DNA of 63,837 nucleotides, filler included, from Octopus bimaculoides (GCF_001194135.2; 8 parts of 7 records of this genome joined end to end with filler, not necessarily neighbours in it), one strand, 5' to 3'. Shown: positions 37,064 through 50,672, counted from the first letter of the whole stretch. The notes: generated from the letters alone by a model not told the origin. A program made the numbers and translations.

Positions 37064-39245
37064 TAATTGGTCAAGCGAATTAATGAAAATTCTGTCCCAC
37101 GAACAAAGGTAGATGAACTTAGCATTTTATCTGCAGAATTCAAATGTTTTCAGATATTTTGTGATAGCATATGTAAACTGTTAAACAATTGTATTGCATG
37201 AATTAAAAAATCAGGCTGATATTACAAGGAAACGTACCTTTAAAATGTAGATGCGTATGATTTTCGACTGTATTTAGATTCGGGAACGTCCCTTTTTAGT
37301 GACTAACAATAATCAACCAATATAGAAGGAGTTTCGCTTTCCTAGGTAGCGGGTTTCCTTGTTCGGAATGTCCTGGTGAAACTTCTCACCGCGCTCGTCA
37401 CTGACAGCCTCAAGATTTGCAGGGGAAAAGTCCAAGTGAGAGTTCAAGAAGTGGATTTGTAGGCTCATATTGCATCCTAAGGCCTTGTATGATGTCAGTA
37501 GCTCTTTCATAATGTCTGCAAACATCCTTAAATGACAGCCACGCAGCCTTTTCAATATCATTGAGTTCTTCATCAAATTTTGGTCTCTCACGAGTTCCTT
37601 AATCTGTGGCCCAACAAAAATACCTTCCTTGATTTGAATCACTTACTCTTGGAAATTTAGTTTACAAATACGTGAATCCCTTGCCAGTTCTATCCATACC
37701 TTTGACAAAATTTTTCATCAACCCTAGATTAATATGCCAATGATCAGATAAATATTCTCAGAATCAACAAGGGTAGGATTGATGACATCCTGTCCAAGAG
37801 TCAGGGACCGTTTCGGCCGCACATTCTTTTCATAACGATTTTTCTTATCCTGACTGTCCCACTCACAGAGAAAGCAACAAAACTTGGTGCAACCCAGTTG
37901 CATTCCCAGTAAAAGTGCCACAACCTTTAAGTCACTACAATTATTCCACTTATATTCCTCATACTTAATCTTCTGCAACAGAAGCTTCATATTCTCATAT
38001 CTTCCCTTCATGTTAGCTGCATGGGCCGGAGGAATAGAGGGAAAATTATTTCTATCATGGGGTAAAACTGCTTTCAAGCTAACTTTTGGGGTATCAATAC
38101 GCAAACACCACTCATTCGTGCTATATTTGTGATTAAATTCCACCATAACAGAATATACATCATTACAAAACACCACACCATCCTCAAATGAGACAGAATT
38201 TGCAAAATCACAATTCTGAGCACGATAACAAAAAATAAATAACTTTGCTCTCTTTCTGGACAATAATCCAGCCGTTTAACCTGGAACCAAGAAGTTCAGC
38301 TTACTTTTTCGACAAGTTTAAATTCCGCACAAGATCATTCAGACCTCCCTCACTCAATAAATGTGGATCACTTGAAGAACACTCAGGCTCAAAGTCCATG
38401 TCTTCTGTTTCTTTCTCCACATCTTCATCACTTCACTTGCTGTCCTAAGTTTCGTTTGTTTTGGAGGGTCAGGTACAGGTAAGTATTGACTGTGAGACAC
38501 TGGTCTCATAGCAAATTGTAAATTAAGATATTTTACAGTATGCTTGGATTTTGATGTTATACCTTGTACATTCATCATGCAGAAGTAGCAACCTGGAGTG
38601 TGATCTTTGGGCTCTCTCGAAATCATAGGGACGGCAAAAGGTATATGGCATGAACCTTTGGCCCATACAGTGAGAAGCCTGACACAGGTTACGCAACACA
38701 CATGAGTGGCGCAGCTTTTATCCTGGACACACCCCATTGCAGTCAAAATAAGTCCATAGCACGTTTTAATCAATGGCGTGAGACGCTGTCTATCTGACTT
38801 AAATGTTAAGTCGCCGCAAATATAGCAAAATGTGCTTGCGATGTTTATACAGTTTCTTGGCATTATGAAGGTGAATTGAATATGTGAACATAGTACACAA
38901 CCACTCACCTACATTGCAAGCATAGTTATGACAAAACATCCGTGACTCATCGACTCAGTGTTGCTAAGTGTCGGTGATACATTGACTCAGATAGCTAGAT
39001 TTTTGATTTCAATAGGTTAACTCTTTTCATGAATATTTAAATTAGGAGTATTTCTTAAACTGCTAGCGTCACGTTTCAACATCTTAACTGAAATTTAGCC
39101 CACGTAACTGGAACTGAGAGGGATATCGTGGAACAGGGTATCTGTGGGTGATATAGATAACTTGACATTGTTTTTTAATTCTGCATGCAAAAACATATAT
39201 TATACAGATATTTTTTTCCTGGGACAAATTCGTTTTTGACCAGTG
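37064..39245 (-). mobile_element. Decayed cut-and-paste DNA transposon, probably Chapaev3-like
   Basis: FCYICG...FAVPMISREPKDH..CYFC; SLKAVL...DLKVVALLLGMQLGCTKFCCFLCEWDS; GCNMSLQIHFLNSHLDF...SDERGEKFHQDI; terminus CACTGGTC flanked by TTA at 39245-39248, degenerate partner near 37064. Confidence 0.7.
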
Positions 39246-39329
39246 TAATTTATTGATTTTCAGTATTACAAGAAGCAAACGTACAATTACATTCTCTTAG
39301 ACGAATATATTATGACGTTGACAACGTTT

Positions 39330-39900
39330 GTGCGAAGGAGTAATCATGACATCAAAGAACATTACTGTGAATAATTTAAAGGAATGACTCGAGAAAGTTT
39401 TACCAGGAAATGAACATACTTGTAAATCTATAAACTATGTTGTTGAAGACATGGGAATTTCCAATTATCGGGTTGAGTTCTTAAACTCACTGGATCCACA
39501 ACGAACTCCCCCTCATTACATTCGATTGAAAATAGGAGCACCAATCATGCTTCTACAGAACTTTTCTCAAGCAAAGGTATGCAGTAGTACAAGACCTGTG
39601 AAGAAATTAACTAGAAATATCATAGAAGCCACAATAACTTTTGTCTTTGGAAAAGATGAATATATTTTTATTCCTCACTTACCTTTTATACCTTCAAATA
39701 TACGTTTCGGATTCAAACGACTTCAATTTCCAATACGTCAGTCTCTTGCGATGTCCATTAAGTCCCAAGATCAGACTTTCAAAGTTACTGCTTTGCAATT
39801 AGAGGAGGGTTGTTTTTCACAGAGACATATTCCGGGGATACAGAGCGGGAAGCAACGACAATCTTTTCATTTTCGCCCCTACAGGTAAAACCCAAACCAA
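39330..39900 (+). mobile_element. Helitron helicase (PIF1-like) C-terminal fragment
   Basis: EFLNSLDP...[18 protein letters not shown]...[22 protein letters not shown]. Confidence 0.9.
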
Positions 39901-40169
39901 TGTCTATAAGGAAGTTTTTGGCATGGGATCAACAAACAAAATTTGCAGAATGAATAGAAACTTTGAACTGATATTGTCAACGTCAGACTATATTCGTATA
40001 AGAAAATCTATTTCTATTTTTGTTTGTTGTAATACTTAAGTTCAATAAATTATATACATATATCTTTAGTTTTCTTCCAACTTGTATTTCATTATCTTGT
40101 ACTAGACATAAGCCAAAGTCTCTGCGATGTTTGTCTCATTTATAGACTGAAATATTACAGACCATACAC

Positions 40170-41345
40170 CCGAAGTTTATATGCACAAAACTGTACAGTT
40201 CTTTCCCGCTGCAGAAGATGAGCACGAGACAACATCGAAGAAAAGGTTGTAATGCTAGCAATAGATGATATCGTCGCAAACTCAGCTGCTGGTCCTGACA
40301 GATTCCCAGCAATCCTCCTCGAGTCATGCAAACGAGTCCTCTGCAAAACCAGGGCAGCTACTTTTTCAGAGCTCCCTCGCAAATGGTTAGCTCCCGGACA
40401 AACTAAAGGAGGGAATAAGATACCCTAACTATGAAGGAGGAACCAGAGCAGATACTAAAAAATAAACACTTTTCTCACTGACCTCACACATCAGCAAAGT
40501 CGTGGAACGAATAGACCGCAGGAAATGAATTGTATTCCTTGAACACAATGACTTCCTGTCTGAGACCCAAATTCGTTTTCGACCAAGCAGAAGCTGCCTA
40601 ACACAGCGCTTGCAACATTACGACTGAGTGCTAAAGCAGCTTCTCAACAACTCAAATGTGGACATGATACACCTCGACTTTGCAAAAGTCTTTCACAAAG
40701 TCGACCATGGTATGATTTTTTGCAAGCTCCGAAATCTTGGCCTATTTTGAAAACTTGGAAAATGGCTACATGTCTTTCTGAAAGACAGAAGTCAGGGAGT
40801 GGTGATCAATAGCGCCAAATCCAACAAAACACAAATAATGAGTGGTGTTCCACAGGGAACTGTCCTTCGGCCCCTGTTATTCATAGTAGCCTTCCGCGAC
40901 ACTCCCTCTCCTACTTGAGCACCTACTTCTGTTAGCTATGCAGATGATACAGAAGTCTCTCAGAGGATGCAGAACTCTGCAGACGCAGTGCATCTGCAAC
41001 GCGAGTTGGACGTAATACAGAGGTGGGCTGAGGAAAATAACGTGCAGTTTAATGCGGGAATATTCCAAGTCCTGCTCTGCCAACACAAAAATCTCAATAA
41101 AAAGCAGATAGGATGCACTTACGCATGAGGGATTCCAGTCTCTGAATTAAAATCACCGCGTGACCTGGGAATCGACAGGAGTAATGATGCATATTTACAG
41201 GTGCATATTACTAAGTTGGCAATGAAATACAGACGTCCTTTCAACTTTCAAAGCAAGAGAAAAGGAAACAATAATGGTTATCTGGAAGACTTACATTCTC
41301 AGCTGCCTGGAGTACTGCTCCCAACTGTGGTCACCAAACAGAAAG
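40170..41345 (+). mobile_element. CR1-type LINE RT fragment
   Basis: LTSHISKVVERI, LDFAKVFHKVDHG, SGVPQGTVLRPLLFI, SYADDT, YILSCLEYCSQLWSP. Confidence 0.85.
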
Positions 41346-41815
41346 ACCGTTTGTCACGTCCCTGACCCGCCATGTGTGATAACCGAAAGATCAAGGGACC
41401 CCGTGTTATATCAGGTGGAAAATAATAGATCAGCCAGGCCCATATATTAATAGGAGAGGCCGTTGCAAAATCTGCATCGCTGAGAGAGCTAAAATTCTTA
41501 AGGGCTATATTAAACCAGGCGCGTTAGATACTCGTAAAGAAGTTTCTGCTAAATATGTCCACTCGAAGCGCTACCAACTGGAAAATTGGCTCTCCCAGTT
41601 TGCTGGCATCGTGTCTATAAGGGTTGTTTATCCTGCTTCAGGGGTGACAACACGTCCTCATTAATCTTTTTTATATGTAAAGGCTTAACTCTCGATTTCT
41701 GAGCGCTTCCTCACGTCAGCGACGTAAACAATTTAAATTTTTGTCTTTGTATAGACTCTGACGAGCTGTCAGCAAGACTTTGTGGACACGAAACCTTTGG
41801 TAACTCTATGTACAC
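41345..41815 (+). mobile_element. PLE 3' end with terminal-repeat hammerhead
   Basis: WKIIDQPGPYINRRGRCKICIAERAKIL...LDTRKEVSAKYVHSKRYQL followed by an HHR. Confidence 0.75.
41751..41809 (+). ncRNA. Type-I hammerhead ribozyme
   Basis: Helix I AUAGA(C)U/A(C)UCUAU; CUGACGA 41758-41764; helix II G(C)UGUC/GACAC; GAAA; helix III ACC-UUU-GGU; GUA site at A41802. Confidence 0.8.
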
Positions 41816-41832
41816 AATTTACATATATGTTG

Positions 41833-41891
<59 letters not shown>

Positions 41892-42489
41892 NNNNNNNNN
41901 NNNNNNNNNNNNNNNNNNNNNNNNNNNNNNNNNNNNNNNNNNNNNNNNNNNNNNNNNNNNNNNNNNNNNNNNNNNNNNNNNNNNNNNNNNNNNNNNNNNN
42001 NNNNNNNNNNNNNNNNNNNNNNNNNNNNNNNNNNNNNNNNNNNNNNNNNNNNNNNNNNNNNNNNNNNNNNNNNNNNNNNNNNNNNNNNNNNNNNNNNNNN
42101 NNNNNNNNNNNNNNNNNNNNNNNNNNNNNNNNNNNNNNNNNNNNNNNNNNNNNNNNNNNNNNNNNNNNNNNNNNNNNNNNNNNNNNNNNNNNNNNNNNNN
42201 NNNNNNNNNNNNNNNNNNNNNNNNNNNNNNNNNNNNNNNNNNNNNNNNNNNNNNNNNNNNNNNNNNNNNNNNNNNNNNNNNNNNNNNNNNNNNNNNNNNN
42301 NNNNNNNNNNNNNNNNNNNNNNNNNNNNNNNNNNNNNNNNNNNNNNNNNNNNNNNNNNNNNNNNNNNNNNNNNNNNNNNNNNNNNNNNNNNNNNNNNNNN
42401 NNNNNNNNNNNNNNNNNNNNNNNNNNNNNNNNNNNNNNNNNNNNNNNNNNNNNNNNNNNNNNNNNNNNNNNNNNNNNNNNNNNNNNNNN

Positions 42490-42868
42490 GAGGAGGTACA
42501 GAGAGAGGAGGTACAGAGAGAGGAGGTACAGAGAGAGGAGGTACAGAGAGAGGAGGTACAGAGAGAGGAGGTACAGAGAGAGGAGGTACAGAGAGAGGAG
42601 GTACAGAGAGACAGAGAGAGGGGGACAGAGAGACGGAGAGAGGGGAACATAGAGACAGAGAGGCAGAGAGAGGGGGACAGGGAGACAGAGAGATGAGGAC
42701 AGAGAGATGAGGACAGAGAGACAGAGAGAGAGAGACAGAGAGCGGGGGACAGAGAGAGGAGGACAGAGAGAGGGGGACAGAGAGACAAAAAGACACAGAG
42801 AGAGGGACAGAGAGACAGAGAGAGGAGGACAGAGAGACAGAGAGACAGAGAGACAGAGAGAGAGAGGA
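42490..42868. repeat. GA-rich satellite: 15-bp GAGAGGAGGTACAGA array decaying into GACAGA-type repeats
   Basis: Direct reading; abuts a gap. Confidence 0.9.
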
Positions 42869-43822
42869 AGTAATGAAGTAGGTTGATTGAAGAGGAAGTA
42901 AAGTGCAAAGAATATTTTTTTGAATATTGGCATTTTAACATTCCATGAGTTGCTCTCACAAGACTATCTTCTGGAGTGAGTGTTACACACACACAAACAT
43001 GCACACAATGCGTACACACAGGCACGCACGCACAAACACACACACACACGTACATACACGCACGATGTCCTCGGCTGATAGATGAAGTGGATTCCAAGTA
43101 AAAGGATCAGTGTACAACTTTTATATCACAAAAATGCAATGTGTTATGTACTTGTCAGGAAACACTAACGCATACATATAACTCTCTATCCATCCTCTAT
43201 CTACCTACCTACCTATCCACACACACACACACGCACACACACACACACACACACATNNNNNNNNNNNNNNNNNNNNNNNNNNNNNNNNNNNNNNNNNNNN
43301 NNNNNNNNNNNNNNNNNNNNNNNNNNNNNNNNNNNNNNNNNNNNNNNNNNNNNNNNNNNNNNNNNNNNNNNNNNNNNNNNNNNNNNNNNNNNNNNNNNNN
43401 NNNNNNNNNNNNNNNNNNNNNNNNNNNNNNNNNNNNNNNNNNNNNNNNNNNNNNNNNNNNNNNNNNNNNNNNNNNNNNNNNNNNNNNNNNNNNNNNNNNN
43501 NNNNNNNNNNNNNNNNNNNNNNNNNNNNNNNNNNNNNNNNNNNNNNNNNNNNNNNNNNNNNNNNNNNNNNNNNNNNNNNNNNNNNNNNNNNNNNNNNNNN
43601 NNNNNNNNNNNNNNNNNNNNNNNNNNNNNNNNNNNNNNNNNNNNNNNNNNNNNNNNNNNNNNNNNNNNNNNNNNNNNNNNNNNNNNNNNNNNNNNNNNNN
43701 NNNNNNNNNNNNNNNNNNNNNNNNNNNNNNNNNNNNNNNNNNNNNNNNNNNNNNNNNNNNNNNNNNNNNNNNNNNNNNNNNNNNNNNNNNNNNNNNNNNN
43801 NNNNNNNNNNNNNNNNNNNNNN

Positions 43823-44480
43823 NTTTTTCAATATAGTCCCCCTCGATGGCTGAACACTTTCTCCAGCGGTGCTCAAGCGCCATTATCCTGGCGTAGAAGA
43901 ATTCTTTGGTTTGGGACTCCAAGAAATTCCCTACAGCGTCTATGACGTCATTGTCACTGGCAAAATGGCGACCAGCTAGGGCTTTTTCCATTTTTGGAAA
44001 TAAAGATGAAAGTCAGAGGGGGCTAAGTCTGGCGAATAACGCGAATGGGGAACAAGTTCGTATCCACAATCACGAATTGTTGCCATGGCAGCCAATGAGG
44101 CGTGGGCTGGAGCATTGTCGTGATGAAAAAGGACCCCTCTGGTGAGCATTCCTGGCCTTTTGTCTTTAATTGCTTCTCGGAGGCGTTTCAGTAACTGAGA
44201 GTAATACAGACCTGTCACGGTGTGACCCTTTTCAAGGTAATCGATCAGCAAGACACCTTGAAAATCCTCAAAAAACAGACGCCATGACCTTGCCAGCTTA
44301 AGGAATGACCCTGGCTTTCTTTGGGGTAGGAAAAGATGTGTGCTTCCACTGCTTTGATTGTTCTTTGGTTTCAAGCTGATAGTGATGAACCCAATTTTCG
44401 TCCATAATAATAAGACGAGGAAGAAAATTTCCTTCATCGTCTTCAAACACTTCCAAATTGCTCGTGGACAGAGTGCACCT
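43823..44480 (-). mobile_element. Mariner transposase catalytic-domain fragment
   Basis: GVLLIDYLEKGHTVTG...HHDNAPAH...HSRYSPDLAPSDFHL...ALAGRHF...RWRKCSAIEGDYIEK, with frameshifts. Confidence 0.95.
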
Positions 44481-44484
44481 GGTG

Positions 44485-45640
44485 CGTTTGTCTGTGAATG
44501 TGTTTGTGTGACTATGTACGTGCGCCTGTTATGCATAGATGTGTGTCTCCATATGTTTCCCTGTGTGTCTGCGTATGTGTGTGTGTGTTGTGTGTGTATA
44601 GGGTCATGTGTATCCGTCTCACTTTGTGTATGTATGTGTGTGCTTGTCTATCCGTATTATCTATCTATCTATCTGCTTCTCTATCTGTTTATCTAAATAT
44701 CCATTTACCTAACTGCATATATATTTGCCTACATGACAACCTACTAACAAGTTTACTTGCATATTATAAACTGTATAGGGGTATCACTACCTTCTACGGT
44801 AGGCATGGGATATGTTTCATTTAGTACGGGATATGTTTCACTTAGTACGGGATATGTTTTATTTATGAGGACGTAGTCCTGTAATTTCTCTGAGTGCTGG
44901 GTCCTTCGGATGCTTGGATAAAATGCGGATGTCAAGTCGACCCAGTGTACATCCATGTTGGTCTTTGGCATGTTGATAGAGTACGGAGGACTGTTTTTTG
45001 CAGTCATATTGTCTCAAATGTGATTTAATCTCCCCGTAACACTTCTAGAAATCTCACCAATGAATGTCATCTCTTTACAAGCACTCTCTATGCACTTCAT
45101 GGCGTAGTTGAAATTTCTAGCTCAGCAGTAATGCCAGGGTTAATCTTACAAAGACCAACAAGGTGGCATACTTGGCCGACTTGACATCCACATTTGATCC
45201 AAGAAGCCGAAGGACCCATCACTCAGACAAGTACAGGAGTACGTCCTCATAAATGAAACATACCCCGTAATAAATATATGAAATACACGTATAAGGTATG
45301 ATACCCCTATAGCTACACCCACAGTATATACATACAAAGGTAGATTTGTAAGACTGTTATGTAAAGCAAATATATATATATTAATATATGTGTGTGTGTG
45401 TAGGTAAGTGGGTATGTAGTTAAACAGTTAGGTAAGTGAATAGAGAGGTACATATGTAATGCAAACGGATGGGCACACACACATACACAAAGGGAGACAG
45501 AAACACATGACCATATACACAGCTGCACACAACACACACACACATACACACACACACATATGGAGACATACATCCATACAGTTCAGACGCACCTACATAG
45601 TCACACAAGCCCATACACATAGACACATTCAAACACGCGC
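44485..45640. mobile_element. PLE-derived ~1.15-kb foldback
   Basis: Arms ~44485-44966 and 45150-~45640 are diverged reverse complements; spacer minus strand YAMKCIESACKEMTFIGEISRSVTGRLNH / KKQSSVLYQHAKD is GIY-YIG-like, continuing into the arm as RILSKHPKDPALREIT. Confidence 0.75.
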
Positions 45641-46303
45641 ACACAAGGAGATATAGGTACACACACAAATACACACAGAGACACACGCACTCAAACATGC
45701 ACACACATAATGTGATCCGTCGTGATATGTATATCTGGCATTAATTGATTTATCACCATCATATAGAATACTTGTTGACAACACCCAACGGATTAAATTT
45801 TAAATGGTTGAAGTCTACACGCTACATAAAATCTTCTAAATATAAGTAACTACGTCACCCCACATTTTATCTTGGACCACGCAATTTCCTCTGCTACTCT
45901 CTAAATTATAGTAGGCTTAGGTATAACAAAAGGAAACAATGTAAATGTTTTGATATCTATTATTGATGTAAATTTGTTACAAAGATGGTTTATCCTTTAT
46001 GTTTGAAGTCTATATGGTCTCTGACAAGAGCGTATTCTTTCAAACTGATGTAAGGTAATTTAATTAACCAATTAAACGGAACCGCTTGAAACAGACATAA
46101 TGAATTGACGCTTGTATATTCCTGTTATTTATTATCTGTTCCCCTAACATGGAATCTAGTGTACTAATGTTATAGTGGCATTTTTCATACATTCAAGTTG
46201 TAAATTGTGAATTAAGATGTATATCAAAATAAAATAAAAAAATTCACGATCTTTGATATGGTATATAACTGTATAAAATATGCCATTTTAATATACAGAT
46301 ACA

Positions 46304-46339
<36 letters not shown>

Positions 46340-48360
46340 TGTATATTGCAAGTCTAGCAAACTAAACGGCAGTGCCCCAGCATGGCCGCACTCCTTGGAC
46401 TGAAAAATAAAAAGACTATTAAGAAAACCGCATTAACAATTGGATGACCAATGTGTGTGTGTGTATGTATATATCGTTCAGCTACGGTAGTAGTTCAATA
46501 ATATTCTTAATGCTACAATTTACTCATATGTAATATGTATCAGAGTTTGTCGCTAATTCAGTTCTTTACCAAATTGAAAATTGTTAGCCTCATTTTGGCA
46601 TGACAAAATTTGAGAATTGGTCCAGTAGAAGCTTCCATCAAAATTTATAGTAACGTTATAGGAGGGTAAGTAACGCCTCCAATCAAGTTTAGATCTAAAT
46701 AGCTTTTGATTTTAGTGGCAAAATATATTTATCTTAGCTTCAATGATAGAAGAAAGCTTGGGGAATTCCAAAGTTTTGGTCCCATGCAACAAATGTCTGC
46801 ATCAAAAACGTTGTGAAGTAAAATATTATGAACAAAATATAAATAAGGCAAAAATTAATAAATTTTTCCCTTATGAGGTTTTTCATGCTACTTGATAAAT
46901 TGTTATAAAGATTTTATCCTATTTGTAAATTATAAATTTAACCGGAATATATTCATAGTACAGTGCTGAATTGTATTCTGAATAAACACATGTACCGAGA
47001 TGCAATTCGAAAAGCTCGCTTCTTGCATAGATATATAAGTGTGAACAATTCTATGTACTATGCTGGATACATGTGGTGTTCGTCTGGTATGTTGATTTTT
47101 TTTGTCCATTTTTATGTGTCTTGATTATGTTTGCACTGACAATTAAAAAAAGTGCATTTTGTGCACTAATTATGATCTGCAGCTGAATCTGTTTTTAAAA
47201 GGCTCGCTTCGAGAGTTGCGTTCCCTCGCGTTCGGCACAATGTGTTTATTATGGTAGGTTTGACTTTAAGAGCCCCTCTTAGCGTGAAACATTTATGTAT
47301 AGTAATGCCCTTAATATAAATAAATATATTTAAAGGGAACAATTAATAATTTGTTTTCCCTTATGAGGTTTTTCACGCTAACTACTTGATAAATTATTAT
47401 AAAGATTTTATCCTATTTTTAAATTGTATATAGATAGATAGATAGGTTTCTTTATTAGCCACACAGGGCTCAACACAGAGGGGACAAAATACAAATGTAG
47501 AGTTTTTCTTTTCGAGGGGGTCGAAAACAAAGCAGAAAAAAAAACAAAAGTGGGGACAACGATGAAAAAAAAACATCGCAAAACGTTTGGGGTATTTACA
47601 AAAAATACGAAATAATACAAAAAATTCCCAATAAATGGGGAGGTAATCCGTGGAAAGAGAAACCTACGAAAAGACCACGGTAACCTCGGTCTTTAGCGTC
47701 ACAGTTTGNNNNNNNNNNNNNNNNNNNNNNNNNNNNNNNNNNNNNNNNNNNNTTAATTAATTAANNNNNNNNNNNNNNNNNNNNNNNNNNNNNNNNNNNN
47801 NNNNNNNNTATGCCAAAATTCGAAACCAATATTTGCGTGCATTAAGGAGGCCAGCTGGCGGAATCGCTAGCACGCCAGACAAAATGCTTATCGGCATTTT
47901 GTCCGTCTATACGTTCTGAGGTCAAATTCCACCGAGGTCGACTTTGCCTTTCATCCTTTCAGAGTCGATAAATTAAGTACCATTGAAACACTGGGGCCGA
48001 TGTAATCGACTAATCCTATCTTCAAAATTTCAGGCCTTGTGCTTATAGTAGAAAGGGTTATTATTATTATTATTAAGGCGGCGAGATGGCAGAATTGTTA
48101 GCATTCCGTCCGTCGCTACGTTCTGAGTTCAAATTCCGCCGAGGTCGAATTTGCTTTTCACCCTTTCAGGGTCAATAAAATAAGTACCAGTTAAGCACTG
48201 TGGTTGACGTATCCACTAGATAGCTTACTCGGTCTTCCAGAGAATTAAAGTTATACAATACTGTTATTAGTACTTCTATACTAGAAATTCCTGCGATATT
48301 TTATGATATGATTTTCATATATATGTCATTAAATTTCCTTTCTCTTTTATTTATTTTTAG

Positions 48361-49097
48361 GTTTGAATATTCCACACTATGCAATAATTCTTGGTGCTAT
48401 CGGTCTGGTGCTTCTCTTGATAATTTTCATATCGGTATGTTATACTTTGAAACGCAAGAAGAGAGAACAGAAAAAGGAGATGGAACTGTTAAAGAAACAC
48501 GCTAAACAACTGGAAGCTACGGCAGCGGCGGCAATTGCTAATTCGGCAGCAACGTCGAGTCCAGCAAGAAGTACAATGTCACATTCGCCAGGACTTCGAA
48601 TTAATAATGCTTCTCCGAATTCCTACGTAAGTCTTCCACGAAGAAACGAGGAGCACGAATTCTGTAATGACCCAGCAAACAGAAGCAGTTTCACAAGTAC
48701 CTTACCCCCACCATTCATTGATAACGAACACCTCACAACCGAGAAACTTATGGAAACAGCTTATTTTAAAAAATATTTCCCTTCTGATAGTTGTCATGAT
48801 GAGGATATCAGTCCTTGTTCAACACTAACTAGTGGACAACCAGCCACAGTTTTTATTGAAAAACACCAACCGCCCCCTTCTAGCCCTAATCGAGATGTCT
48901 CCAGTTATTGGAAACCTCAGCCCACGACGAAACTGGAACAGACTGTCCCTCCATTTTACAGTAGTGTTAGCAAAACTATTCCATATAAAGCCTCCCTGTC
49001 CCCTAATACAGTCTTAAAGGACCCATTGAGTGCTAAACCCTTACCAATATTTAATTCCTCAGACATAGAATTTGACAACGAAATTGGTCCCATGTAA
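48361..49097 (+). CDS. Terminal exon of a single-pass type I membrane protein (TM + ~215-aa Ser/Pro-rich cytoplasmic tail)
   Basis: Strong acceptor TTTCTCTTTTATTTATTTTTAG at 48339-48360 (phase 1); 244 open codons; TM YAIILGAIGLVLLLIIFISVCYTL then KRKKR; stop TAA; AATAAA near 49183. Confidence 0.9.
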
Positions 49098-50627
49098 AAC
49101 GAGACCAGAGCAATTACAATAATTATGATAATAGTGGTGTTTAGAGGAATTTAGAGGATTACCATTTTCTGGGAATGTCATAAATAAAAGATAGACAAAA
49201 AAAAACACACCAAAACAATAACATCAAAACTATCCAACACGTATAAAAGATTTGTTCTTTGCTGCAGAAAACGAAATATTACAAGGAATTTGTTCTTGTG
49301 GTATTCTTACTTTGATATTCCATGTCAGATATGGTGCCCTTAAATGAAGAAACTTTCGATTCCCTTTGAGACTCGGTTGTTTTTTCAAGTTTATCTCACT
49401 TTTGCAAGTTGAGCCAAATAGTCTTTATTTTATTGCGTTGTCAGATAAATTCGTTCACTTACCGCCCCCCTCCCCGCCCCATCACCATCACAGCCACTTG
49501 GCACTCCATCGCCATATTCAAATTTCAAAAAACGGTAAACAAAACTTGCAGAGGAAGAACAGAGCTAAACTACCCACCACCACCACCACCACCACCATAA
49601 AACACTACGGTCAAAAAATATATTTCGTGTTGATTCAAATAACATTGGAACGGCGGATTAAAACAAATTTTAAAAAAAAAACAACGAATTTATGTGAAAA
49701 CTCCAATATTAAACTGTCAAAAATTTCGAAAATCTTCTTTCTTACTTTCTCTCAATCTTCATTTTTAAGGAATTTCAAATCTACTTAGTTACCCACTNNN
49801 NNNNNNNNNNNNNNNNNNNNNNNNNNNNNNNNNNNNNNNNNNNNNNNNNNNNNNNNNNNTTTACTTCACCTTTAATACATCTATATAACACTTTATACAT
49901 GCATTATTAACACTAGTCGTTGTACCGGACTGGATTCACTCTTCTATAACGGCCAACGAAATATTTCGACTATGAGGTTTTTCATAATATTTCAAAACTC
50001 TTTTGATATTTTCTGAACTTTTGTCTCTGGTTATATTTTCCCTATTATGTTCCGATATTGTTTCAGAATCTCATATTTCTCCTTTCTTCATTTATTATTA
50101 TTATTATTATTTTTTTTTTTTTTTTACGTTTTTTTTAGAGTTTTATTTCATTTTATCTTCTTGTCACCCTAACGTTTCGTTATTTGTAAGAAAATAATTG
50201 GAAAGCTGTGTCGTATTTATTTACAACATATGTCTTTGTTATCGTGAATGTTTGTTTTGTAACGGAAAGTCTTGAAATTATAGCTATTACATCCTATTTA
50301 TAAAACAGCAAAGGAAAATATTGAAATGAGGAAACAAGAAAAAAAGATCAAAGACAAGAAAAATATAGAAAACATTGATTATTTTTACAGACAAAAGGAA
50401 CCTGATAGAGTGGCGCCATATTGTGAGAAACAAATTCTTTACACAAGGATTTTGGAAATTTCTGTTGACCTATTTGTTATATGTGAAATTCTATGATGAC
50501 ATGCGGTTTGAATTTGGTTTGTGCATAGAATATAGCTTACACCTTCATATAACTTTCGTCTTTATACAAAAGAACATGCCTAAACGTACACGTATCAGAT
50601 AATCAGCCCGAAGTAGTCTGTTGAACG

Positions 50628-50672
<45 letters not shown>

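Noticed and set aside
46590-46673. Exon suggested by perfect donor GG|GTAAGT
   Set aside because: Stops in all frames from the nearest good acceptor, phase incompatible with the terminal exon, and the flank matches a dispersed repeat.
50170-50210. CGAAACGTT motif on the minus strand with an AT hairpin
   Set aside because: No CUGANGA core or helix I.
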